A stretch of 64,000 nucleotides of DNA from Monocercomonoides exilis PA203 (Eukaryota > Protista > Preaxostyla): NCBI GenBank assembly GCA_001643675.2, contig LSRY02000020.1, forward strand, positions 558,001 through 622,000, written 5' to 3'. The notes beneath the pieces were generated by a model. It ran no database searches, was not told the origin of the DNA, and saw nothing but the letters and a program-made list of their open reading frames with translations. Below, piece after piece: positions 13,500 to 26,341 of the stretch. The stretch's first letter is position 1, and each line of letters begins with the position of its first letter. The position numbers and the translations under genes are program-made.

Positions 13500-14576
13500 T
13501 TTTCTTGCAAAAGCCAGTTTCTGAAAAAGCGACACAAAAAACCATGTTTCAATTATCAAAACAAAAGAGGCAAGCAATAAAATGCACAAACTATTTGATT
13601 ATCCACCAAGGCATTCTGAAATTCACTTAAAAGATTTTCACATTCAAGCATGTTGGGTGTTGACATGAAAATTTGACAAAGTCAAAAAAAGATCGACCAG
13701 CCTGTGACTTGGGCAATTTCCAAAAAACTGATCCGGTCAAAACCCATAAAAGTGTGCTTTTTTTCAAAAATAAAAATTATTGATCATTATATATTCAATA
13801 ATAATTCTTTTGCTTTTTATCTTGATTTTTTTTTTCATTTTGAAATAATAAAGTGCATGTAAAATGAACTGTTAAACTTATGAATTTTTAAAATGAAATT
13901 TAACTGTATTTTGACTTCAATCATTTTCAAAGTCAGTCAAAAGCATATTTTCTAAAGTCAAAAGTCTGAAGTCACCCAGGCTTACACTAAATAACTTTCT
14001 TTATATTTATAAACTGTTTTTTCATTGTTTTGAAAATTGCCGTTAAGTATGCATTTGCCGATAATGTTATGAAACAAATTATTTACAAAGAAATTGGGAA
14101 AATGTTCAGAAAGGGGAACACATTTTTAATAAAAAATATCCTAAAAGCATAAAAAAATGAAAATAAATAGTTTCGTTGAGAATTAATATGGGGATAAGTT
14201 TCTGCTTTTTCAAAAAAGACAACGATTCGTTTCAGACCTTTTCTGTTTTTTCGTTATTATTTATCTTATTTTGTAAAGAAAAAAACATCGAAAAAACTGT
14301 CGAATGGAAAAAAGATTCATAAATGTTGTATGGCGCAATATTCTGGGAAATTAAGTATCATCTCATGTGAGACACGAATTTAAAAAAAAAAATAGAGAGA
14401 AAGAAAGAAAGAAAGAAAGAAAAGTGGAGAAAAAAATTTTATTGAGTTTTGTCAGCTTTGAACAAATCGAGCGAACAAATACAATTTTAAAAACGATTAA
14501 AAATAAATATCAGGATTTAAATGTTTTGATCAAAATAACCGCTATAAGAAAATATTATTATTTAGAATACTGTTTT

Positions 14577-15225
14577 ATGAGTCGTTTGAAAGCATTTGGA
14601 TTATTTATTTGCACTTAATTATTTTAACAAACAAAACACGAATAACAACTAATTTTTATTTTGCAAATTGTTCTTAATAGTATATACATTAACAATCTCT
14701 CCTGGCATTCCTTATATTTCTTCAGTACCATCATTCACAAGGCTGAAACTTACTCGTGCTACAACAAATTCAAACGTTCAAGGATCTTCAACGCTATACT
14801 TTGAAAGAGAATCAACAAAATTTAATTTGTGCCATCTTGATTCTTTAAATATTAAAGCATGTGAATTAAATTTGGTTTTTGATTCTCGCGAAGAATTTAA
14901 TATTGGAGTTGATGGAAACATTGACGTAACACTTATAGGTAATTTGGTTAATTGTGATTCAACCTCAGATACGGAAAAAGAAGTCCAGAATGAAATGTCA
15001 CAGCAAATTATTGAATACTTGAAAGCAAAATGGGAACACCGTTCAAGAACAGGAGAAAAAGAGTTACCATTTTTGGATGCTTGCAAATATGCTGTGAATG
15101 TTAGATTTATTGCAGACCAGCTTCCTGAAGAAGTTCAACAATCTCTTCTTTTACCAAAAATTCCAAAAGAGCGTCGCTCAGAAAATATAGAATCAAAAAT
15201 TATATCTAAAAGAGATAAATGTTGA
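14577..15225 (+). CDS. nucleoplasmin-like (NPL) domain protein
   Basis: ORF 14668..15225: YTLTISPG..LKLTRAT..STLYF..FNLCHL..CELNLVF..FNIGVDGNIDVTLIGN matches the NPL beta-strand pattern (FKBP39/HD-tuin type). Start inferred via ATGA|gt..ag|TA (intron 14581-14680). Confidence 0.65.
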
Positions 15226-15621
15226 AGGGTTGGTCATTGCGATTAAAAATATTTATTTTTATTGTTGAATCATCAAAATTTTAAGATTTATGTGAATGTT
15301 TGTGATATGATTTGTATATGGCAATTTATCTCGGCAACTTCATGAATAAATGAGCAGTTTATCTAATTTTTTCAATTCTGAATGCATTTTGATTTTGTGA
15401 CAACTACACGCCATTTTGAAACAATTCAATTGATTGAAAATGGAATTCGAAACAAAATTCAATTTTCTGCCAAAATAACAAGAATTAGCATTTTTGTTTT
15501 ATTTTGCTTATTATTTGACTCACTAAACAATTTCATATTTTTATTATTATGTCTGTTTTCTATTTGAATAAAATAATTGTGTTTTTTCAGCAACAATTAT
15601 TTGCTCATATTGTTCAAATAA

Positions 15622-18615
15622 TAGATGAATTGTGAAATAAAAAAAAATTTCAAAATCATTGGGTTATTTTGAAATAACCCAATAATTTTGAAATTGTCTA
15701 TGGAAATTTTGAAATTTTTGGGGAATTTTGCAATAACTCGGGTGGCCAAATTTTTTCTGTGAAAAAATATATTATGCATATTCATAAAGTTTTTCAAAAC
15801 ATTTTATCGAAAAATGAGCTGGTGATTTTTAAATTAAAATAAGTTGAAAAGAATTATAAAAGATATTTTTGGTGATTAATTTTGATTATTCAAATAAAAC
15901 CTTTTGATTCAACTGTTTTTTGATAAACAATTGGGAAAAAAACGCAATAAACGATATTCATTTCAATTTCAAATATTTTTTTGTTGGATTTCTTCAAAAA
16001 AGAAATTTGGAAATGAAATATCAAAAAAAAAAAAAAAAAAGATCTTATTGATGTGTTTCAACAGCACAGGGTCTTTTCTGCAATTTCTCTAAGTTTTTGC
16101 AACAATAAAACAGCTATTTCCCTTCATTTGTCTTCAAGTTTCAGATCCAGCATTTTTTCCTCTTTCTTTTTCTTTTCTCTTCTCTCCTCAATTATTTCTT
16201 ACATAATATCCATTCAAAACAATTCTTCGGACATTGCCTCATAATCATCATTGATTAAAAACAAATTTCTTATGCCATCATTTTTCCACATCCATTAGCT
16301 CTTTATTCAATCAAAACTCATTTTCATCATATTTCTATCCAATGAGCATGTTTAGTCCAAAATAAGTTATATAAATATTTGTAACAAAATACATTCAGGC
16401 TCTGATATACATCTAAGGAAATGTTTGTCTCTCTTCTTCGCTGTTCTCGTCTGAAAAAAATAAATTGTCCATTTAAAATAATTTGCCTGAATCACGACTT
16501 TGGAAAGGATTCGGATGAAAACATCTTCACAACATATAGCACAATAAAAATTGCACACATCAAAAATTCTTCATTTCCATTGAAAATATTGCCGCTCCAC
16601 GGCATTCCAACAATCAGTATAAACAATTTCATATTCCATCAAACAGATATCGTTTTTGTAATACCCGACCCGATCACCGGAAATATTTCACTTGGTCAAC
16701 CTGTCTTTGTTTTCACTTCGGAGTCTCGCTATGTTGACAGTTTCTGAGCATTTGGCATTTCTTGATCATTTTCCATAACGAATTAGAGCAACAAAAGAAA
16801 AGGAGCACAACTCGATGTGTCGCGGCTGAATGGGCATATGAAGACAATGCGATAACAAAAGGATGGATTTATGGTGTGGGGTGATGGAGTTACGTTTTTG
16901 GAGGAGGCAGGGTCTTGGAGGGGGAAAGGAGTGATAAAAGAATATTTTTTTTGTGGAAAAGAGGCATTTTTGTGTGTTTAAGAGGCAAAACGGATGTGTG
17001 GGGGATGGATTTGGATGATGTTTGGAGGTGTTGTTTTTTCGATTTTTGTGAGTTGGAAGGAGCGGAAGTTGTGTTTATTATTTGAGAAAAGGAATTTGCT
17101 GTTGAGGAGGTGGGGTGAGAGGGAAGATAAGAAGGGTGGAAGATGGGCAGAGTGAATGGAATATATTTATTGGAGGAGAGGACGAGAAATGGAGAGATAT
17201 GTGGAGGAGATTTTTTTTTATTTTCAAATGCAGAGAGAGAGGAGGAGTTCATATGAGGCGGAGCAAGGTGGAAAAGTTTTTGTGGGCTTATGTTTGATAA
17301 GAAAGAGAAGCGGGGTTGAAGGGGAAAAAAAAGTGAGAGATATTTTTTTATCTTTTTTAATTTTTTATTGAAAGGACAGTTTGGTCGCGCCTCTCATTTG
17401 CGGGGCAAGTGTTGGAGGCGGAGGCAGAGGAAGACGGGAAGAAGGAACATCAGCACTGGCACTTTGCATTAGAGGTGTGGAGATGGTTCGTGACAGGGAT
17501 GGATCGAGATGAGGTGCTAACCATGAGGGGGTGTTTTGCAATGGATACAGAAACAAAACTGATAAATTTAATTTTGATTGGAAGAAAGGTGCTGGGAGAA
17601 GAAGTAACAGGGAGTGAAGGATGTGTGGTGGAGGGGCGTTGATGTTGCTTTGAGGGGAAATGGAGAGAAGAAGAAGAAGATTTGGGCAAGGGATGGGAAG
17701 GGGCACTTCTGATGGAATCTTCTTCTTTACCAGTTTTTCATAGAATGAAGTTTGTGAAGTTATTCGAGTGGAAGGAGAATAGAGGATATGGCTTTGACGA
17801 ATTTTTTTGGAAGCCAGAAAGGAGTCGATGAAATTTACATCGAAATAAACAAGAGAGATGGATCAAAATAGTTTTGAAGATTAAAAGAAATGATATATTG
17901 AGAAGAAGAATAAGAGGAAAACGAAGAAATAATAAGATTTACAAAAAGCTTTGAATAATGTTTATATTGTTTATAGAGTTGTATAATGAGCATGCATTAT
18001 TAAAATCTAACTTGATTTTCTTTTTCGGTTTTTTTGCCTTTTTTTACACGCAATATCATTTTTTTCTCCAGGAAATATTCATCATTGTGCAAAACATCAA
18101 TATTTGAAATGTTTTTGAGTTTTAATTTGTTCTCTTCTTTCATTTTTGATGTTTTCTGTCAGTTTTTGCAAATCAGATATATTAAACCATTTTATATTGA
18201 ATTTTTGAAATGTTTTGTATAATGACAATCATTTATTGTTCATGGAAACATTTCAATAATCGTATTAAACGTTTAATCATAAATCTTTTTCTATGCGATT
18301 GTCACAAAAATACAAAAAATGATTTATTTCACAAAATTTGTTGGTAAATGTTCTGATAATTGAATATTAAATATTTAATAATAGTTATGACAAATAAGCA
18401 GCTATTTTCGAATGTGTAAAAAATTCTGTAAATAATAAGAGATCTTCCCACTATATAATTAAACTTGAAATTTGTTGATGAAACTTAAAATAACTGCCTT
18501 ATTTTCAATTTTTCTGAGAAATTTCAAAATTACTTGATAATTTCAAAATAACATATACTAATTTCAAAATTATTCAAAAATTTCAAAATAACACAAGAAT
18601 TGTGCAATTCATCTA
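15622..18615. mobile_element. degenerate TIR element A (termini TAGATGAATT...AATTCATCTA)
   Basis: TAGATGAATTGTGAA at 15622 and TGTGCAATTCATCTA ending 18615. Inverted arrays of AATTTCAAAAT-like subterminal repeats (~15640-15740 and ~18520-18590). Internal decayed coding-like sequence. Confidence 0.6.
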
Positions 18616-19399
18616 ATATATATACATTTTAATTAAATGATTTCGAGCAAACTATATTCCAGAAAATATTTCAAAAAATATTTTAATTAATGAAATGTGC
18701 AATTGACAGTTTTTTCTCAATAAATTTTATGTGATAATTCAAAAAATAGAATATACTGAATTTCATCCTTTTTTCAAACGATTGAGACGATTAAAAGAAT
18801 TCAAAATATGTTGAATCGATGAAAAATATTGGCAAAAAATTGAGAAACATATTAACAAAAAATTAGATGAATTGTGAATTGATTTTTTTCATTTGAATAA
18901 ATTCAACTTATTTGAATGAACTGGGTTTTTCTCAAATGAAGTTATGTTATTTTAAATGGTTGAAGAGACACTTGAATAAAGTGCGATACACTTAAATAAA
19001 TAAATTATGAAAAAATTGTGAACACTTATTATGATATTTTTACGTTTTATTTTTCATTTCATCATCAATAAAATTGAAAAATTCTTAAAAACAGAGATTT
19101 TTCTTTATTCTTAAACAAAAATTGAGATATGTTAAAAGAAGATTTTATTTGATAGAAACAACGTGAAATGAAAGAAAATATCATTTTGTCATCATTCTTT
19201 TGTACTGTTTTTTCTCATTAACAAAAAAAGTGATCATCAAATAATTTTTTATCGAAAACAAAAATTTGTTTCTTTTGATGTTCAAAGAGTAATCCTCAAC
19301 AAACAAAGCATATGTTTCTGAAACACTCAGTCGAATCGACAGATTGATGCAGCTTTCTCCTTCGTAGCTTTCTCCATTATGTGAATATATTCAATTTTT

Positions 19400-22329
19400 A
19401 GTTATTGATATCTTTCTCGAAGCTACTCAAATTTCTTCTTCATTGCATTCTTCTCCGCTCTTCACAATTAATGGTCTGTTGATTTCTTTGTCGTTCCCAT
19501 TCAAATGCCTTCGGATGCTTCGATATTATATCATAAACTATCTCCTTGTATTTTCTAGCTTCTTCTTTTGCCCTTCTCCATCAAATAGTTGCAATGATAA
19601 ATGCAATCAGAACAATTAATAATGTCACAACGAATTAAATGATTTCAATTAATGCCAAAGATAATTTACCTTCTTTTCCTCCTTCAACAATCCTTTCACC
19701 TCCTTTTGGATCAATATCACTTCTGTTCTTCAGAATAAAGGATTCAGTTGAAGCTGGAGATTCTGCATTCCCAAATAAGATTTTCACAGACACTTCTGTG
19801 GCTTCAGACACAGTTGTAACAATTGTTTCTGGAATGGCTGTGTAAATTTCTGTTTCGCCTGCAAACTCTTCTGCTTGCAGCGGATGCACCAGGAGATTGT
19901 GAACCGAGCCATCGAAGAAATCAATTTGGGAGGATAAGCCACAGGGCAGGAGCAAGGATCCAGCAAAATCAATCACAAGGGTGTTGCCTTGCTGATGAGA
20001 ATTCACCGAAGACAGTTGCGGAATGAAGAATGCTCTTTCTGAAGCAATTCCAGAAAGATTGCATCCCAAGTTCAATACCAAAAGTGAGGAGTTCTCTTTT
20101 AAGCCATCTCCGCCTTTCAGACCTTGAATGTCCAGCAGCGCATGGTCTGAACAGATGATGTTGTTCCCCATGGATGGTAAGTCTTCTGCATTTGGATTGT
20201 TGCCTGAAAACTTCCAAATTGCACAAAGATGCTTCCACCAGAGATCGACAGCCATCTCTTGGACGAATTGGTAATTGTGGTGTCTTTAATTGCTACCGAG
20301 CAATTGAGAAGATCAACTATCGATCCGCTCCACTGGCACAGCTCTTCTGATCGCTCGTCGTTTGCTCTCAACTCTGGCGCGCTTGTCGCCCCGTCGAACA
20401 CACACGAAGACATTCAAGTATCTGTCAAATCTGTCAACGCTGCAATGCAACATTTTTTATACGGAGAAGCACACATTTTGCTGGTGCAATTCATCAATTC
20501 CACCAATAAAGACGAAGATGAAGCTATCAAGCTACTTGTTCCAGACGAATATTTAGTTATGTGTTGTAATAAAGGCTGTTTCAACCTGAATTCTGATTCA
20601 TATGATTTCACGCTCACTGCACACCCATCACCAAGTGCTGTATTTGAAATAGCCAAGAAATTTATCTCAACATCCGAATCTTGGCATTCAACAGAAACCA
20701 ACGATTCACTTGAAATGCGAGTATCAACAAATTCCAAATAAATGCCCTGGATGTTTGAATGCCCTCCCGAACAGTCTGATGAAAACACAATCATGTTTGA
20801 CCGCTCCGAGTGCCTCTTGTCTGAATGTTCTGGAGCTGACAGTCTTTGCAGTTGTGAAGAATGAGGCCTGATCACTGAGAGCTGCAATTGAATGTGTACA
20901 ACTGCAATATGGACAGCTTTGCCAGATTGCGGAAGTCCAACAACACACCAGAGTTCACATCAGTAAAATTCAGAAATGCACACGAGAAATATTGCCCACG
21001 ACTTGCTGCCAGACATGAAGAACTGAGACAGAGGCCAGCAAAAGTGCAGCCAGACATCGTCAATCTTCCACCGCTCATTTCAACAATCGAGCAATTCAGT
21101 TCAATTCAAGAGTTTCCATCAGAAGCTTCTTGAGTAAATATTGTGCTTGCAATAAGCAGGTCTCCGTCAGCAAGAGACAGAAACCTCAAATGTGGAGAAG
21201 ATAAAGCATTCCCAAACAGAATCGTCAGAAGCTCCACTTTCACTCTGGATGCACACGTGAGAAGGCTATTCATCCTGCTCTCAATGCTCCTGTTCAGGAG
21301 GACTGTCCCTCTGTCTCTTTCCTGCTCCAGCGACTTGATCCAGACATCATGGATGCTTGCTTCTCCAGAGACCAGAGAAATCTCGTCAACGAGCAAGTTG
21401 CTGTAAACAGAAGGAATGATGTGAGACAATGCAATATTCAAGGAAGAGCAGGGCACAATGTTAGCTCCGCACTGGCGTGAATCTGAGGTGTTGTCGGCTG
21501 AAGAAGAAGCAAATATTGTCTCACTCTGATACCCAACAATCAGCTCCAATAAATCTTCCTCTTCATAATAATTCTGTGCGGTGCATCCTCACATGGTAAG
21601 ATCCCGAACAAACGGAGGTCTGAAGTCGAGCTGGAAGAGCTCAATGCTGATTTGAGATTAGATATTTGTGCACCTCACATACAGGTCTCGTCCAATGAAT
21701 GCCTTGTTCTCCATGAATGTTGTGTTTTCCAAGAGGAATGGCAAAGTACTGTCGCTTGCAATTGATGAGCAATCCAGAAATATTGCGCCTCCCCTTCCAG
21801 TCGCTGAGCAGAAGCACTCCGAGATTGTGGATAAAGTGCAGTGAAACAATGCTTCTTCATTTAACCTCATGGTCATGCATCCTCCGCTCTCACTTTGGCT
21901 GCTTCCACAGTTCTTTATTGACGTGTTTTGGACAAGCACGCTAAAAGGCTGGCTGCCAGAGGAGCTGATGATGGAGGGTTCAGAAGGAGTGCTTTGAAGA
22001 AGAAAATGGAGTGTGCAACATTTCAGCTGAACCGCAAGACTGCCGCCTTCATTCAATTCCTGTGGATCATCTTGTAATTTTCCATTTTTCAGCACTGCCA
22101 CAATTCCTTTGACCATCAGCTCCATATCGTTCATCAAGACATTCGTCAAGTTAACGCTGCTTCCATACGATGCATTGAGTATGTAATCTCTGGCTTTGAT
22201 GGATTTGAATAAGCGGTTCGATAATTTGCACGTTCCAGACAGACAGGAGACGATGCAACAAGGAATGTCTTCTCGAGAAGCGCAAGCAAATAGCAAGAGA
22301 AAGACGATTGAATTTCGTTCATTATTCAA
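19400..22329 (-). pseudogene. decayed, kinase-less copy of the beta-helix surface/receptor family
   Basis: Fragments in several frames with stops: GRGGAIFLDCS, ENKAFIGRDLYV, QCGANIVPCSS, CQWSGSIVDL..KDTTITNS, LKGGDGL, KILFGNAESPASTESFILKN, GGERIVEGGKE, then TM and WRRAKEEARKYKEIV. These are collinear with ~54500-56600 of the 49586 gene. Confidence 0.85.
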
Positions 22330-22847
22330 TGAAATAATGAAGATTCGTTTATTTGTTTTTTTATCTTTATTATTAAAAATCTTACACAGTTATTAGGTTA
22401 TGAATTCTTCCCAGTTTTCAAATGTTATTGGCTCGAGAAGAGCTGAAATAAAGTTGTTTGCGCATATATTGACACAATCCAATTCATTATTCAGCATTAT
22501 TTCAATTTTCTGATTATGCACAAATAAAAAATTTCTTTTCATTTCATAAATCATAAAACTCTTCTTTTTGTTATTTTTATTAAATTGCAAAAACATTCGG
22601 ATAACCTTGTTTGAAGGTAAAATAATCGATGAATATGTCGAAGATGTATTTTAAATCATATATTGGTGAAATAGAATTTTGACAGTTTTTCTGATTTTTT
22701 GATCCTTATGATCTTGGAATAAATTTAGCGAAAACAACAAAAATCATTCACAAAACAACATTAACAATATACAAATGATATTTGTTTGTTTTTGCAATCA
22801 ATTTTTTATACATTTAAAATACTTGTTTTTTATCCAAAATTTCGTAA

Positions 22848-22967
22848 CTCAAATAAACTCAGTCTATCTTAAATGAACTCAGTTTATTCAAATAAACCCG
22901 ATCTATTCGAATAAACACGAGTTCATTTGAATAAACCTAGTTTATTTGAATGAAAAAAATCTATTCA
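22848..22967. repeat. tandem ~19-20-nt quasi-palindromic subterminal repeats
   Basis: AAATAAACTCAGTCTATCTT / AAATGAACTCAGTTTATTC / AAATAAACCCGATCTATTC / GAATAAACACGAGTTCATTT / GAATAAACCTAGTTTATTT. Confidence 0.8.
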
Positions 22968-23103
22968 AAATTCATCTATTATTTCTGATCATATAATTAT
23001 TAATTTGTGAATAAAGAATTCTAATTTTGAAATTCTACGATTTTTGAAATATTTTCTTCAATTGTTGTAACGCCGTTTAAATAATAACGTTTCAAATATT
23101 CCC

Positions 23104-26100
23104 ATGGAACTTGTGCAAAGTTCATTTATAGACGAAATACAAGGAAGTGATTATCAACTTCTTCCTGAAACATTATCTGGACGTTATAAACTTTTGAAAC
23201 TTATTGGAAAAGGATCTTTCGGTTTATTATTATATTTAACTTCTTACTAAATTAGTCATTCAATTTAGGTGCTGTTTGGATTTCAGAAAGTTTAGATTCA
23301 CATAAACTTTATGCAACAAAAGTGGAGGTTATGAAATATTCTTCAAACTATTTTTTATTCTTTTAAAATTTTTATATTGTTCACTAACTTTTAGATCCTA
23401 TCGAATTGTTCCAGCCTCGAACGCGAATATCAGCGATATAAACTTTTTGTGCAAAATGAAGGATTTCCTGGTGTTTGTACTTGTAAATAATTTGAATAAA
23501 CGTAAAACCTCGCTTGACAGGTACGATATTATTGGGTAAACAACCGCTATAATGCAATTGTAATGGAGTTGCTCGGACCATCTGTTGACGAACTTCATAG
23601 ACGCGCAAACAGGAAGTTTACAATTATAACAGTAACGAAAATAGCTATTCAAATAATAAATAGACTTGAAGTACTTCATTCAAAGGGCTATGTTTGAACT
23701 TGTCTTTTACACAACATATTTTAAGGAGAAAATTAAAATAATATTTATATACAAATAGATTCATAGAGATATAAAACCAGAGAATTTTCTCATTGGACTG
23801 AAGCCATCTGAAGATACAATTTATCTGATTGATTTTGGATTGGCAAAGGAATATCGTCACCTTCGTAGCCCAGAGCTTGCACATTCAAAAGGGAAGCATG
23901 GGATTGTTGGAACATTGAGGTTTATTTCAGTTGTATGCAAGAACTGTTGCTCGCTCATTTACATGTATTTCCTTAAAAAAATTTTTTAATTTATTTTCTC
24001 TATGAATGAAGAATGTCCACGAAGGGGCTGAGCCCTCGCGGCGCGATGATTTGATATCACTTGGGTACATGCTGTCGTTTCTGTTTCATGGAAGCTTGCC
24101 TTGGCAGATTCCAGAGAAAATATCGTTCGACGAGCGGTGCAAAAAAATATAGTTTGAACAAGCGACTTATTATTCTTTGAGGCAATTTATGAAATCGTTC
24201 TTGCAATTTTTTTTTTAGCCAATGTAAAAAGAAAATCACAATCAGCGAATTGTTTAATGGGATGCCTTCTGAATTTTCGAGCTATTTTGAGTCTGTCTCA
24301 AAGCTTGGATTCGACGAAGACCCAGACTACGAGAAGCTGAAGGAGCCATTTGAAACATGGCTCAGCCACGTTCCATTGAAAAGCCAGATTTTTGATTGGA
24401 TGGTATCTTTTTCTTTTGAATTTTTTTTTTTAAATCATGACGCTTCTTCTTCTTCTTCTGTCCGTTTATTTGCTGCATTTCTAGCCAAAGACTCAAAAAT
24501 CAGAACAATCAAGTTTTCAACCAGCGGTTTTCTCGAATGCATCACCGACACTCCCAACAATGCGCAAGAAGTCTGGACAATGTCCATCAGACAACGCAGA
24601 ATGTTCCAATAGCAGCAACGATACAAGCATTGCTGCTGTAAACGAGCCGAAGCCTACATCACCTGCGCCTCTTTACTCAAATTTGGAGTCACCTGCTATT
24701 CCGAGCAGGCCATCAAGGACTCAGCCAGCGCACAATGGAAATCTCAAAAGCGATGAAAACAAGAAGTCAACAGATCAACCTCGCTATTTTGACGTGCCGC
24801 TGCTTCGTTCTTCTCCAAACCCTGCTGAATCTGGTTGTGTTGTGCAAGTCGCCCAGTCTCAAGCAGAGAATCAGATGACAGCGCATCCAACTTCTCAATC
24901 TCCTTCTCCACTTTCTCCATCTTCTCCACTTTCCTCTCCACCTGACAGCACACAGCCACACGAAGTGGGTTATTCTGAAGCATCTCCGCTTTCTTCAGAG
25001 CAGACATCGCCAGGACGCTGCACGTCTCCTCCAATCAGCCACCCGTCTGATTCGTCAAAGGCAATTAGCACGATGAGCAGAGAAGACGTGGATGCATCTG
25101 TTCCTCCTTCTGAGTGCAGCCAGCCGCAAACGCCTGTGCATTCTGTGGAATCCTCGTATGACTCGTCGTTTTTGGAGTCTGATGTGTCGTTTGCAGTCAC
25201 CGATCAGTACTTGAGAACAGAATCCAACAACTCCCGCTTCATGGGCTCAGAGGAGCAGACGATGGTGAGGGTGTCAGATGGCAGCATCACCGACTCACAA
25301 AGCAGCATGTTCGATACAAAAGATTCCTTTGATTCCTCTGCATCAGCAAGACAGCAATCATCTGATGAAAAGGGTACTGTTGTATTTAACTCCACATCAG
25401 CAGACACATCGTCACAGAGCACTTCTTCGTCTGCTGGCCAGAAAATGGTGAACGACAGCCTGTTGTCCAGCAGTGCGTCGATCGGCTCTATCAACCAGAT
25501 CGACTCGCCAAGCCTTCATCCAATGACTCCGAATGCCAACACCTCCCAGCCGTCGCCTTCAATCAGCTGCCATCACACAGCTGCCGATCGCGATGCGGCA
25601 AAACCGAAGGAGCAGGCAAAGAAAATGTTTAGTGGTTTTGTCATTCCAGGGAAAGCGAAGCCATTTGACGTTCGAAGTGCTTTCAGGAGCGCAAAGATGC
25701 CAAGCCGGGCTTTCAAACCAGACTTTGCTGCTGAAAAGCAACATGACACTTCTTCTAATAACGTTGAAGGCGCAAGTTCTGATGCTTCACAGAAGGAAAA
25801 TGCTTTGAACATGTCAAACGAAAACACATCAGCAGAAAGTGAAATGAAAGAGAAAACTAAAAGTGATGAAGCAAAAGTTGAATCAAAGGTCAAAGGCATT
25901 TCTCACACACAGAACTTCAACTTATTTGGAATTAAAGCCTGCTCCCATTTTGCTGTTACTCCAACAACAAAAGAAGTGAAAGATTCACCAACGCCCAAGC
26001 CAAAAACTGAGATCAAGCAATCTTTCTATACAAGTTCTCGCTTGGTGTTCCCAAAGATGAATGTCACATCATCATTCTCACTGAAGATGCCAAACATGCT

Positions 26101-26341
26101 GTCAAAGAAGTCAGCTGTGAAAAAATCGGATTCTCTTCCGACTTCACCGCCTCCGTCGCCGTCTTCAGCTAAGCAGCCTTCGTGTTCGAGTGAGCTTCCG
26201 TTCAAAGCTTCTGTGCCATTCTTATCGATGTATTCAAAAGTTTCGCTTAAAAATACGAATTCTGTAAATGATAATTTAGATGATCAGCAACGTGAATCAA
26301 TGATTGTTAATTATTCCCTACTGTCAATTGAAGATTCTTAG
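23104..26341 (+). CDS. casein kinase 1 family kinase with ~600-aa Ser/Pro-rich C-terminal tail (multi-exon)
   Basis: Spliced translation: [93 protein letters not shown]. Tail is ORF 24560..26341. Confidence 0.93.

Larger units (their letters stand above)
7699..13984 (-). mobile_element. hAT-superfamily DNA transposon (~6.3 kb) with internal cargo
   Basis: TIRs TAAGCCTGGTTGAC (7699-7712) and GTCACCCAGGCTTA (13971-13984), 13/14 match. Identical 8-bp TSD CACTAAAT at 7691-7698 and 13985-13992. TGAC/GTCA subterminal motifs at both ends. Encodes a hAT transposase. Confidence 0.93.
6289..14059 (-). mobile_element. Merlin (IS1595/ISXO2-like) DNA transposon, interrupted by a hAT insertion
   Basis: Left TIR GGCATATGCACACTTAACAGCAATT (from 6289) vs reverse complement of right end GGCAAATGCATACTTAACGGCAATT (to 14059). 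Identical 8-bp TSD GATAATGT at 6281-6288 and 14060-14067. Confidence 0.92.
18864..22978. mobile_element. TIR element B (termini TAGATGAATT...AATTCATCTA) enclosing a receptor-family pseudogene
   Basis: Left TAGATGAATTGTGAATTGATTTTTTTCATTTGAATAAA vs reverse complement of right end TAGATGAATTTTGAATAGATTTTTTTCATTCAAATAAA. Both are followed by ~19-20-nt repeats. Confidence 0.75.

Noticed and set aside
22848-22967. Regularly spaced palindromic repeats as a CRISPR-like array
   Set aside because: Units are contiguous with no unique spacers, no cas genes, eukaryotic context; better explained as transposon subterminal repeats.
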